DNA from: Candidatus Udaeobacter sp.
GTDB lineage: Bacteria; Verrucomicrobiota; Verrucomicrobiia; Chthoniobacterales; UBA10450
Assembly: GCA_035317225.1 (NCBI GenBank)
Contig: DATHHK010000059.1
Location: forward strand, 4,050 to 68,049
Direction: 5' to 3'
DNA: 64,000 nt
A program made the translations under genes and the position numbers. Within the stretch, counting starts at the first letter, position 1, and the number at the start of each line of letters is the position of its first letter. This document shows positions 56,558 through 64,000 of the stretch, piece after piece. The notes below the pieces were generated by a model. It was not told the origin of the DNA. It made no database searches and saw nothing but the letters and a program-made list of their open reading frames with translations.

Positions 56558-57742
56558 TTAATCCAGAATGTCACTCACCCGACCGGCGCCGACAGTCTTG
56601 CCGCCTTCGCGAATGGCGAAGCGGATCGTCTTTTCCATTGCTATTGGCGTGATCAACTCGACTTCGATTGAGATGTTGTCGCCGGGCATGACCATTTCTA
56701 CGCCTTCAGGCAATTTAACGGTGCCAGTTACGTCAGTTGTACGGAAGTAAAACTGTGGCCGGTAATTGGTGAAGAACGGAGTATGACGTCCGCCTTCCTC
56801 TTTGCTCAGCACATAGACTTCCGCCTTAAATTTCTTATGCGGAGTGATCGAACCGGGCTTCGAAATCACCTGGCCACGCTCGACTTCTTCTTTCTTTAAG
56901 CCGCGCAACAAAACGCCGACGTTATCACCGGCACGCGCTTCATCGAGAAGTTTGCGGAACATTTCAATGTCGGTTGCAACCGTCTTCGCGGTAGGACGAA
57001 TGCCGACCAGCTCGACTTCTCCCATTTTCTTGAGAACACCGCGCTCGACACGACCTGTCGCGACGGTGCCGCGGCCTTCAATGTTGAACACGTCCTCAAT
57101 CGGCATCAGGAAGGGCTGATCCACTGGCCGCTCCGGAACCGGGATGTAATCGTCAATGGCCTCGACGAGTGCGAGAACCTGTTTCTCGGCGTCAGCGTCG
57201 CCATTAAGCGCCTTGAGCGCGCTGCCTTTAACAATGGGGATTTTGTCTCCCGGAAATTCGTACTGCGTGAGCAGATCTCGCACTTCCATCTCGACGAGAT
57301 CGAGAAGTTCGGGATCGTCGACCATGTCGACCTTGTTCAGAAACACGACAATCGAGGGGACACCCACTTGGCGCGCCAGCAGGATATGTTCACGCGTTTG
57401 AGGCATCGGTCCATCGGCGGCGGAGACGACCAAAATCGCACCGTCCATTTGCGCCGCACCAGTGATCATGTTCTTAACGTAGTCGGCGTGGCCCGGGCAA
57501 TCCACGTGGGCATAATGCCGTTTGTCGCTCGAATACTCTACGTGTGCAGTGTTGATCGTAATGCCGCGCTCTTTTTCTTCGGGCGCGTTGTCGATTGATT
57601 CGTATGCGCGCACTTCGGCCATGCCCTTCTTGGCCAGCGCTGCCGTAATTGCTGCCGTGAGAGTTGTCTTGCCGTGGTCAACGTGACCGATCGTGCCGAC
57701 GTTCACGTGCGGCTTGTCGCGTTTAAATGCTTCCTTAGCCAT
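56558..57742 (-). CDS. tuf: elongation factor Tu
   Basis: [28 protein letters not shown].., DCPGH and NKVD motifs; 394 aa. Confidence 0.98.
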   Translation of the reverse strand: MAKEAFKRDKPHVNVGTIGHVDHGKTTLTAAITAALAKKGMAEVRAYESIDNAPEEKERGITINTAHVEYSSDKRHYAHVDCPGHADYVKNMITGAAQMDGAILVVSAADGPMPQTREHILLARQVGVPSIVVFLNKVDMVDDPELLDLVEMEVRDLLTQYEFPGDKIPIVKGSALKALNGDADAEKQVLALVEAIDDYIPVPERPVDQPFLMPIEDVFNIEGRGTVATGRVERGVLKKMGEVELVGIRPTAKTVATDIEMFRKLLDEARAGDNVGVLLRGLKKEEVERGQVISKPGSITPHKKFKAEVYVLSKEEGGRHTPFFTNYRPQFYFRTTDVTGTVKLPEGVEMVMPGDNISIEVELITPIAMEKTIRFAIREGGKTVGAGRVSDILD

Positions 57743-57808
57743 TTCAATTCTCCTGTTTAACTAAACTCTTTATTTTTTTAATTATCCGCTGCCGGTCCTG
57801 AGCTTATC

Positions 57809-57884
<76 letters not shown>

Positions 57885-58179
57885 TGCTCGTCGCCAGCCC
57901 AGCGCCTCTGCGGCAACCCGAGCGGCAAACCGGTTTGCCTTCTGCCAGAGATTCAAAAGTCCCAAAGCCGCGTCAAATTTGCAATTTGAACGACCATGGG
58001 ACCGCCTCGTTCCAGCAAAAAGCGTCCGCAAGCTAACCGCGCGCACCGTCGTGTCAAAGAAATTTCTCGACATCTCTTGCCTCTCACGGAGGCCGTACAT
58101 TGACCGTTCTCGCGCACATGTTTGGAGCTGAGGAAATCAAGTCCGCTCAGGACAGCTGACACTTAAAGCGCTGCGAAAC

Positions 58180-59118
58180 CTAGCGGATTCTGCTGCTTGT
58201 CTCTTCTGTTTTTCCTCGCGTCACGATTCGCAGGATGACTGCAATGACTATGAACGCCAAGATGGCAAGGCCCACGTTCAGCGGCGTGATCAAGCCCGGT
58301 CCCCGCGTTGGGGTCGGAGTAGCCGAAGGGGGAGGCGGAGCGTTTTTCGCCTGCAGCATTCCCTGCACATATTGCAAACGCTGAATGGTGTCATAGTCGT
58401 CGGGTTTTATCTTTAACGCTGCCTGGTAATCGGCGATGGCGTTCTCATACTGCTGCAAGGAAGTGTAGGTCGCGCCTCGCTTTACCAAGTGCTCGGCATC
58501 GTTCGGGTCTTTTTGGATCAACACTGTGTAGTCGGCCAAGGCAGCATCGTAGTTTTTCAAGTTTCGATTTGCCCAGGCGCGCCGGTCATAATTTTGCGCA
58601 TCATCCGGCTGTTTCTGCATTGCGGTGGTGAAGTCCGCGACCGCTTTGTCCCATTGGTTAAGACCGATCTCAGCAAAACCGCGAAACTTGTAGGCGAACG
58701 CGTCGTCGGGTTTGAGTTCGATTGCCTTGTCAAAATCTGGCAATGCGGCATCGAACTGATTTTGCATGACAGCAGTCATTCCGCGCTCCCGATAGGCCAC
58801 TTCATCCTTTGGAGCGACTTCGATTGCCTTCGAAAAATCGGCGTAAGCGTCGGGGAGTCGGGGAGGGTTGCTGGCACGATACGCAGTACCACGATTCGTG
58901 TAGCCACGTGGATCTTTCGGATTCGCTTCAATCGCTTTGGTAAATTCGGCTGCGGCGCCGTCGAAATTCTTTTGTTGAGCGAGTTCGATCCCACGCTGCA
59001 TATGGCTTGCGCCGCCCCCTGCCGGTTTCTGAGGTTTCCCCAGGCAAACGTGACTGACTGCAAAACAGAAAAGTGACGCGGTTGCGATGATAATTGTTTG
59101 CTTGTTCAAGATATTCAT
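58180..59118 (-). CDS. TPR-repeat protein with signal peptide and C-terminal TM anchor
   Basis: ATG 59118 gives MNILNKQTIIIATASLFCFAVSHVCLG. About seven TPR units are present (..AIEANPKDPRGYTNRG.., ..AIELKPDDAFAYKFRG.. and others), with a C-terminal ..LAILAFIVIAVILRIV.. The ORF-track start at 59229 overlaps the divergent gene. Confidence 0.75.
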   Translation of the reverse strand: MNILNKQTIIIATASLFCFAVSHVCLGKPQKPAGGGASHMQRGIELAQQKNFDGAAAEFTKAIEANPKDPRGYTNRGTAYRASNPPRLPDAYADFSKAIEVAPKDEVAYRERGMTAVMQNQFDAALPDFDKAIELKPDDAFAYKFRGFAEIGLNQWDKAVADFTTAMQKQPDDAQNYDRRAWANRNLKNYDAALADYTVLIQKDPNDAEHLVKRGATYTSLQQYENAIADYQAALKIKPDDYDTIQRLQYVQGMLQAKNAPPPPSATPTPTRGPGLITPLNVGLAILAFIVIAVILRIVTRGKTEETSSRIR

Positions 59119-59187
59119 TCTCCTTTCAGCCCAACTGTTGAGCGATTTATGCTTGTAGGCGAGCAAATTAACGCGCCGAACGCCTAA

Positions 59188-60159
59188 ATGAACCAAACAA
59201 ATTCGTTGACGGAGTCTGTCGATCGACACCGTCGCACCAGTCTGTCGGAAGGCTACGCTGCAGTCTTTGCCACGGTCCTTATTTGGTCCACGCCATCACT
59301 GTTCATGTATTATTTGAATCGCTATTACGATCCGTGGGCACAAAATTTTTATCGTTATTTTGTCGCATGTCTTGCCATTGCACCGCTCTTGATTCAGCGG
59401 GCTCGTCGCGGTGCCCCACTATTCGACTGGCGGGCTGTAACGATGTGTCTCGTCCCATGTCTTCCCAACGTAGTTCATCAAGTCACGCAGGTCATCGCTC
59501 TGTTTTACATGGGTCCCGGCGTTTACACGATTTTCACCCGGGCATCCGTGATCTTCACCGCATTACTCGCACTCGCGTTTTTTCCCGAGGAACGCCGGGT
59601 GATTCGTCAATGGCAGTTCCAAGTGGGAACGCTCCTCGGCTTAATTGGAGCCTTTGGCGTAATCTGGTTTCAACCAGGTCGAGAAACAGAGCATATGAAG
59701 CTCCCTGGGTTATTCATTGCCTTCACCGCCACATTTTGTTGGGCGCTCTACGGCGTCCTGATTAAACGGCCTTCCATCCAGCTGGGCCCAATTCGCAGCT
59801 TCGGGCTGGTCAGCTTGATTACCTCGATCTTGTTGCTTCCGCTTACATTCGCTTTCGGAAAAATTGGCGCGCCGCTTCACGCTGGAGCCCAGGCAAACTT
59901 GATTTTGATCGTTTCGGCCGTGACCTGTATCACGCTGGCTCATGTGCTGTACTACGTCGCCATTCGTGAAATCGGTGTCGCACTCGCGCAAACGCTTCAA
60001 CTCCTCTGCCCGGCGCTCGCACTGGGTCTTTCAGCCTGGATTTACGGTGAACGACTCACTCACGCTCAACTTTGGAGCGCCGCCATTTTACTCCTGGGCG
60101 CGTTTTTGGCCATGCGCGTAAAACCGATCGCGACCACTGCGACAGCGGAAAATATCTGA
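59188..60159 (+). CDS. EamA/DMT family transporter
   Basis: 323 aa, about 10 TM, with a duplicated EamA-like arrangement. Confidence 0.8.
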   Translation: MNQTNSLTESVDRHRRTSLSEGYAAVFATVLIWSTPSLFMYYLNRYYDPWAQNFYRYFVACLAIAPLLIQRARRGAPLFDWRAVTMCLVPCLPNVVHQVTQVIALFYMGPGVYTIFTRASVIFTALLALAFFPEERRVIRQWQFQVGTLLGLIGAFGVIWFQPGRETEHMKLPGLFIAFTATFCWALYGVLIKRPSIQLGPIRSFGLVSLITSILLLPLTFAFGKIGAPLHAGAQANLILIVSAVTCITLAHVLYYVAIREIGVALAQTLQLLCPALALGLSAWIYGERLTHAQLWSAAILLLGAFLAMRVKPIATTATAENI

Positions 60160-60181
60160 GCGCTGGACACCCTGCGCGGGA

Positions 60182-61114
60182 GTGCATTATCCAGTATTGA
60201 GATTAAGCATCCGTCGCCATTATCATTCTGTGAATCTCAAAAAATATCTCCGAACCCGCCAGAAAGAGGTCGATCGCGCGCTGGATCGCTACTTGCCGAA
60301 AGCGAGTACGAAACCCGCTACGCTCCACAAGGCGATGCGATACAGTGTTTTTGCCGGCGGTAAACGATTGCGACCGATTCTGTGCCTCGCCGCAGCGGAA
60401 GCTTGTCGGGGCAACATCGATAACGCACTCCCCCTCGCCTGCGCCGTCGAATGCATCCACACCTATTCGCTGGTGCACGACGATCTTCCCAGCATGGATA
60501 ATGACGATTTCCGCCGTGGCCGACCTACCTGCCATAAAGTTTTCGGCGAGGGCATCGCAGTGCTGGCTGGAGACGCACTGCTGACCATCGCATTTGAAAT
60601 TGTGTCAACTGCCAAGCCCACACCACGTTACGACATTTCAATTTTGCTGCGCGAGATCGCGGTCGCGGCTGGGAGCCAAAGACTGATCGCTGGTCAAGTG
60701 GCCGATCTCGAAGCAGAAGGCAGGAGAGTCAAACGCGATCAGCTGCGATTTATCCACGAGAACAAGACCGCAGCCATGTTGAAAAGTTCGGTCCGGCTGG
60801 GCGCAATGAGCGCCAACGCAGACGCACGGAAACTTTCCGCTATCACACGGTTCGGGGAGCGCCTTGGTCTCGCTTTCCAAGTCATCGACGATATCCTCGA
60901 TGTAACCCAAACGTCGGAGATACTGGGCAAGAGCGCCGGCAAAGATGTCGCGGCAAAAAAAGCGACTTACCCTGCGGTAATTGGTCTGGAGAAATCACGC
61001 GCTGAAGCAAGGCGGCTCACGCGCCAGGCGCACGATGCTCTGTCTGTATTTCGCGGAGGCGATGCCGAAACGCTTCACGCGCTCGCAAACTACCTTCTCG
61101 AACGCGAGTATTGA
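60182..61114 (+). CDS. polyprenyl diphosphate synthase (FPP/GGPP synthase, IspA-like)
   Basis: First Asp-rich motif LVHDDLPSMDNDDFRRGRPT and second motif QVIDDILD. The start is uncertain (GTG 60182 or downstream). Confidence 0.85.
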   Translation: MHYPVLRLSIRRHYHSVNLKKYLRTRQKEVDRALDRYLPKASTKPATLHKAMRYSVFAGGKRLRPILCLAAAEACRGNIDNALPLACAVECIHTYSLVHDDLPSMDNDDFRRGRPTCHKVFGEGIAVLAGDALLTIAFEIVSTAKPTPRYDISILLREIAVAAGSQRLIAGQVADLEAEGRRVKRDQLRFIHENKTAAMLKSSVRLGAMSANADARKLSAITRFGERLGLAFQVIDDILDVTQTSEILGKSAGKDVAAKKATYPAVIGLEKSRAEARRLTRQAHDALSVFRGGDAETLHALANYLLEREY

Positions 61115-61154
61115 TTGGCAGGAACGGCTCGTAGAGCCATCCAACGCGTGCGCC

Positions 61155-62240
61155 TTACTTTGCCAACGCGAGGTTCGGATCGATCTCTTCAGTGACGTCA
61201 GATTGAAACCCACCCTGCAATCGCAATGACGCGGCAAAAGCGATCATGGCCGCATTGTCCGTGCACAACCAGGGTTCGGCATTTTTAAATTCAAATCCTT
61301 CGTGCGCACATGCTTCGCCCAATTGTTTTCGCAATTCCTGATTGCAACTAACCCCGCCGCTGACTGTCACAAGATCGAAACGATATTTCTGCGCTGCGGC
61401 AATCGTTTTGCGCACCAACACATCGATAATCGCCTGCTGGAAGGAAGCGCACAGATCAGCGAGAACATGATTATCCAATTTGTAGGGCGTCTGTGTTAGA
61501 GCCCGCTCTTGATCCGGTGTTTCGCAGAACCGCCCTACAATTTTGGGTAGCAAATAACGAACGGCCGTCTTCAATCCGCTGAAGCTAAAGTTTTCCGACT
61601 CGGGCATGCTGCGCGGCAAATCAAAGCGATTTGGATCTCCGCCTCGCGCGTGTTTTTCAATCTCCGGTCCGCCGGGATACCCAAGGCCCAGTATCTTGGC
61701 GACCTTATCGAATGCCTCGCCAGCGGCATCATCGACAGTTCGGCCGATTAATTTGTAATCATCCAGTCCTTGCACTCGAACCAACATGGTGTGCCCGCCG
61801 CTCGCGATAAGCGAAACATTCGGGCGGATTTGGTTTTCTTTTTCTACGCTTCCGAAAAAAGGCGAGAGCAAATGTCCTTCGAGATGATTGATGGCGAGGT
61901 AAGGTTTGCCAAAGCCGATGGCCAATCCTTTGGCAATCGATGCGCCGATCATGAGCGAGCTCGCCAGACCCGGTCCGCTGGTCGCGGCAAATGCATCCAC
62001 CTCTGAAAAACCGATGTTCGATACACTCGAAGCCTGATTGAGCAGCCGCGGTGCGTAAACAAGGTGGTTCCGCGACGCGATCTCGGGCACGATTCCACCA
62101 TATTTTTCATGCGCGGCGATTTGGGATGCGACTTCGCTAGCGAGCAAATCCGATCCTGAGCCGCTGTTCTTTCCGCGCACGATCGCGACGCCGGTTTCGT
62201 CGCATGAAGTTTCTAATGCCAATACGGTTTTCACGACCAA
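61155..62240 (-). CDS. tsaD: tRNA N6-adenosine threonylcarbamoyltransferase
   Basis: ..VLALETSCDETGVAIV.., ..INHLEGHL.., ..ASGGHT.. The start is TTG 62240 or GTG 62234. Confidence 0.9.
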   Translation of the reverse strand: MVVKTVLALETSCDETGVAIVRGKNSGSGSDLLASEVASQIAAHEKYGGIVPEIASRNHLVYAPRLLNQASSVSNIGFSEVDAFAATSGPGLASSLMIGASIAKGLAIGFGKPYLAINHLEGHLLSPFFGSVEKENQIRPNVSLIASGGHTMLVRVQGLDDYKLIGRTVDDAAGEAFDKVAKILGLGYPGGPEIEKHARGGDPNRFDLPRSMPESENFSFSGLKTAVRYLLPKIVGRFCETPDQERALTQTPYKLDNHVLADLCASFQQAIIDVLVRKTIAAAQKYRFDLVTVSGGVSCNQELRKQLGEACAHEGFEFKNAEPWLCTDNAAMIAFAASLRLQGGFQSDVTEEIDPNLALAK

Positions 62241-62253
62241 TATAATACGCAGG

Positions 62254-62367
62254 TCATTCTGAGCGAAGCGGAGAACCTCACAAAGAGTGCTGGATCACAC
62301 ACGTTGGATTGCGTGATTCTCTCTTCCCGTGTGAGGTCCCTCACCGTCCGCGCGGTTCGGGATGACA
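62254..62367. repeat. 114-nt REP/MITE-like imperfect palindrome
   Basis: Left arm is GTCATTCTGAGCGAAGCGGAGAACCTCACA. The reverse complement of the right arm is GTCATCCCGAACCGCGCGGACGGTGAGGGACCTCACA. The two share GTCATYCYGARC and GRACCTCACA ends, and there is an inner GGATCAC/GTGATTC stem. It fills the tsaD / S41 peptidase spacer. Confidence 0.45.
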
Positions 62368-62372
62368 GTGCT

Positions 62373-63671
62373 CTACTTCTTTGCGGCTTGGGCTTTTGGG
62401 GCGTTCTCCTGCGCGTAAATCATAACGCCCTTGAGTGCATCAATTGCTCGTAACATCTGCGGATCTCTGGCCTTGATAATGCTTTTCTCATCCTCGGGCT
62501 TCATATTTCCAGCATTGCGCAGAGCAGAAAGGGAACGCTCCTGGTCGGCGGTCAATGCAACACGAATATTCGGCGTCACGCCATTACCCTGAATGACCTG
62601 TTTACTCGGTGTGTAGTATTTCGCGGTCGTAAAACGCACTGCGGAGCCATCCGGCAACTGCATGACATTCTGCACGGAACCTTTTCCAAAAGTTGTTTCG
62701 CCGACAAGCACCGCTCGATGCAAATCCTTCAGTGCCCCGGCAACGATTTCTGCTCCGCTCGCGCTACCTTCGTTAATTAAGACCACCATCGGAAAGTTCG
62801 GGCGTTCCTTCTTCGCGCCGGAAGTAGAATAATCATGCTGTTGCGAAGCCACCCGGCCCTGCGTTGAAACGACTTTTGTATTGGGCGGCAGGAACTGCGC
62901 GCATACGTCGACCGCGCTATTTAGCAGTCCACCCGGATTGTTCCGCAAATCGAGAATGAGCGCCTGCATCCCTTCCTTCTGTAATTCATCGAGCGCTTTC
63001 GTCAGTTCGTCGGCGGTAGGCTCGTTGAACTGCACCAACCTGATATAACCGATCTTGAATGGGCCGGTGAACTCCGGGTCAAGCAGTCGCGCGCCCTTGA
63101 CACTTTGGATTTTGATCTCAGCGCGTTGCAAAGTGTATTCCTTGATTTCCTTGGTCGAAGGTCGCAACAGTGTAAGCGTTAGTTTTGCTCCAGCAGGTCC
63201 GCGCAAAACATTGATGGCGTCCTGGAGATCCATTCTTTCCGTTGAAATGCCGTTGATTCGCAAGATCTGATCGCCAGAGAGGATTCCAGCCTTGGCCGCA
63301 GGCGTGTCCTCCATCGCCGCAATCACGGTTGGCAGCCCGTTTTTCATCGAAACTTCGATCCCAAGACCGTTAAAACGACTGCGGGTGTCGTCCTGCATAT
63401 CGCGGAAATCGTCGGGATCCATGAACTGGCTATGTGGATCCAGCGAGGAAAGCATCCCCTTCATTGCCGCATTGATGAGATCGTGGTAGCTCGTCTTGTT
63501 ATCATCCACGTAATCCTGACGAATCAATTCCAGCGCTTTTGCGAAAATTGAAATTTGCGCGTAGCCGTTATCCTCTTCACTCTTTGCCGGCTCCCCCTCC
63601 TGTGCGAAGACAGCAGGAAAAACGCCGAACAAGAGACAAGCCAACAACGGCAAGATCATGAAGCGCCTCAT
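62373..63671 (-). CDS. S41 family C-terminal processing peptidase with PDZ domain
   Basis: Signal peptide, PDZ region (..GLGIEV..DTPAAKAGILSGDQILRING..), ..NEGSASGAEIVAGALKD.. and ..TFGKGSVQ.. (Ser/Lys dyad context). Confidence 0.9.
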   Translation of the reverse strand: MRRFMILPLLACLLFGVFPAVFAQEGEPAKSEEDNGYAQISIFAKALELIRQDYVDDNKTSYHDLINAAMKGMLSSLDPHSQFMDPDDFRDMQDDTRSRFNGLGIEVSMKNGLPTVIAAMEDTPAAKAGILSGDQILRINGISTERMDLQDAINVLRGPAGAKLTLTLLRPSTKEIKEYTLQRAEIKIQSVKGARLLDPEFTGPFKIGYIRLVQFNEPTADELTKALDELQKEGMQALILDLRNNPGGLLNSAVDVCAQFLPPNTKVVSTQGRVASQQHDYSTSGAKKERPNFPMVVLINEGSASGAEIVAGALKDLHRAVLVGETTFGKGSVQNVMQLPDGSAVRFTTAKYYTPSKQVIQGNGVTPNIRVALTADQERSLSALRNAGNMKPEDEKSIIKARDPQMLRAIDALKGVMIYAQENAPKAQAAKK

Positions 63672-63766
63672 ACTTCTACCCCAGTTTGAAAAACAGGCTC
63701 ACCATCGCTCACTGGAAATTTTTGGCAACACCCCACGCGAACCGTTGTCTTAATTCTGCGCCGCCA

Positions 63767-64000
63767 ATGAAGCAAGCCTTTCGCGTTAAAGCCTTCTGGT
63801 TCATTCTTTTCCTCACCGCGCTCTCTCTTTTATCTAAAAATGTTCCGAGCCTCGCTGCGGAATCAGAAGACGGCGAGTATGAGGCGGTGGCCGAGGAATA
63901 CATTAAAGGTTACCTGGGCGCTCATCCCCTGGAAGGGACCGCTCTCGGACTTCATGAGTACGACGGCAAAATCACTGACTACAGTCGCCTCGCTCTCGAT
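63767..64000 (+). CDS. second DUF885-like protein, N-terminal 78 codons (runs off the right edge)
   Basis: Not in the ORF track because it has no stop in the window. My translation is MKQAFRVKAFWFILFLTALSLLSKNVPSLAAESEDGEYEAVAEEYIKGYLGAHPLEGTALGLHEYDGKITDYSRLALD. The ..P..T.LG.H.YD..L.D.S.. pattern is the usual DUF885 N-terminus. Confidence 0.55.
   Translation, partial: MKQAFRVKAFWFILFLTALSLLSKNVPSLAAESEDGEYEAVAEEYIKGYLGAHPLEGTALGLHEYDGKITDYSRLALD

Noticed and set aside
58030-58057. Sigma70-like promoter TTGACA-16 nt-TAGCTT (minus strand) about 145 nt upstream of tRNA-Thr
   Set aside because: The -10 match is weak and I have no supporting evidence, so I do not list it as a feature.

Overview
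This is a 64-kb chromosomal segment of a moderate-GC bacterium (GC judged by eye, not computed), made up almost entirely of housekeeping genes. I call about 60 CDS, including two edge-truncated genes and two sub-60-aa genes that the ORF track misses. I also call 2 tRNAs, one gene remnant, several hairpins/terminators and two copies of a REP-like inverted-repeat element. I saw no rRNA, CRISPR array, transposase, integrase, phage or toxin-antitoxin genes. The backbone is the transcription/translation cluster tRNA-Thr, tuf, tRNA-Trp, secE, nusG, rplK ... rplA, rplJ, rplL, rpoB, rpoC, plus rpsB-tsf, all on the minus strand. Other content: hopanoid genes hpnH-shc, lpxK, thrB, tyrS, bioD, purS/purQ, tsaD, a polyprenyl synthase, a LolC/E permease, and many secreted peptidases (M3, M28, S41, CocE/NonD, two DUF885). 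The gene order, hopanoid genes, DUF2723 glycosyltransferase and frequent lack of Shine-Dalgarno sequences suggest a soil PVC-group (Verrucomicrobiota-like) organism, but that is only a guess. The points most worth a second look are: (1) rplK and rplA are split by a 7.4-kb block of unrelated genes, and rplA-rplJ-rplL-rpoBC seems to have its own promoter. (2) A four-gene OM-barrel / FMN-binding / ApbE / 4-TM His-rich membrane protein cassette lies between the rpoBC and rpsB operons. (3) LigD-type NHEJ functions sit in three separate pieces, and an A10 tract lies exactly at the phosphoesterase/ligase junction. (4) There is an unannotated 34-aa bS22-like Lys/Arg-rich ORF. (5) A Pmp3/YqaE mini-gene is wedged between purS and purQ. 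(6) There are REP-like elements, a long octamer-built hairpin after rpoC, and a shared 26-nt motif in the secE and rplK leaders. I found no convincing defence-type or mobile novel system. The ApbE cassette and the re-wired ribosomal operon are the best candidates for new biology.
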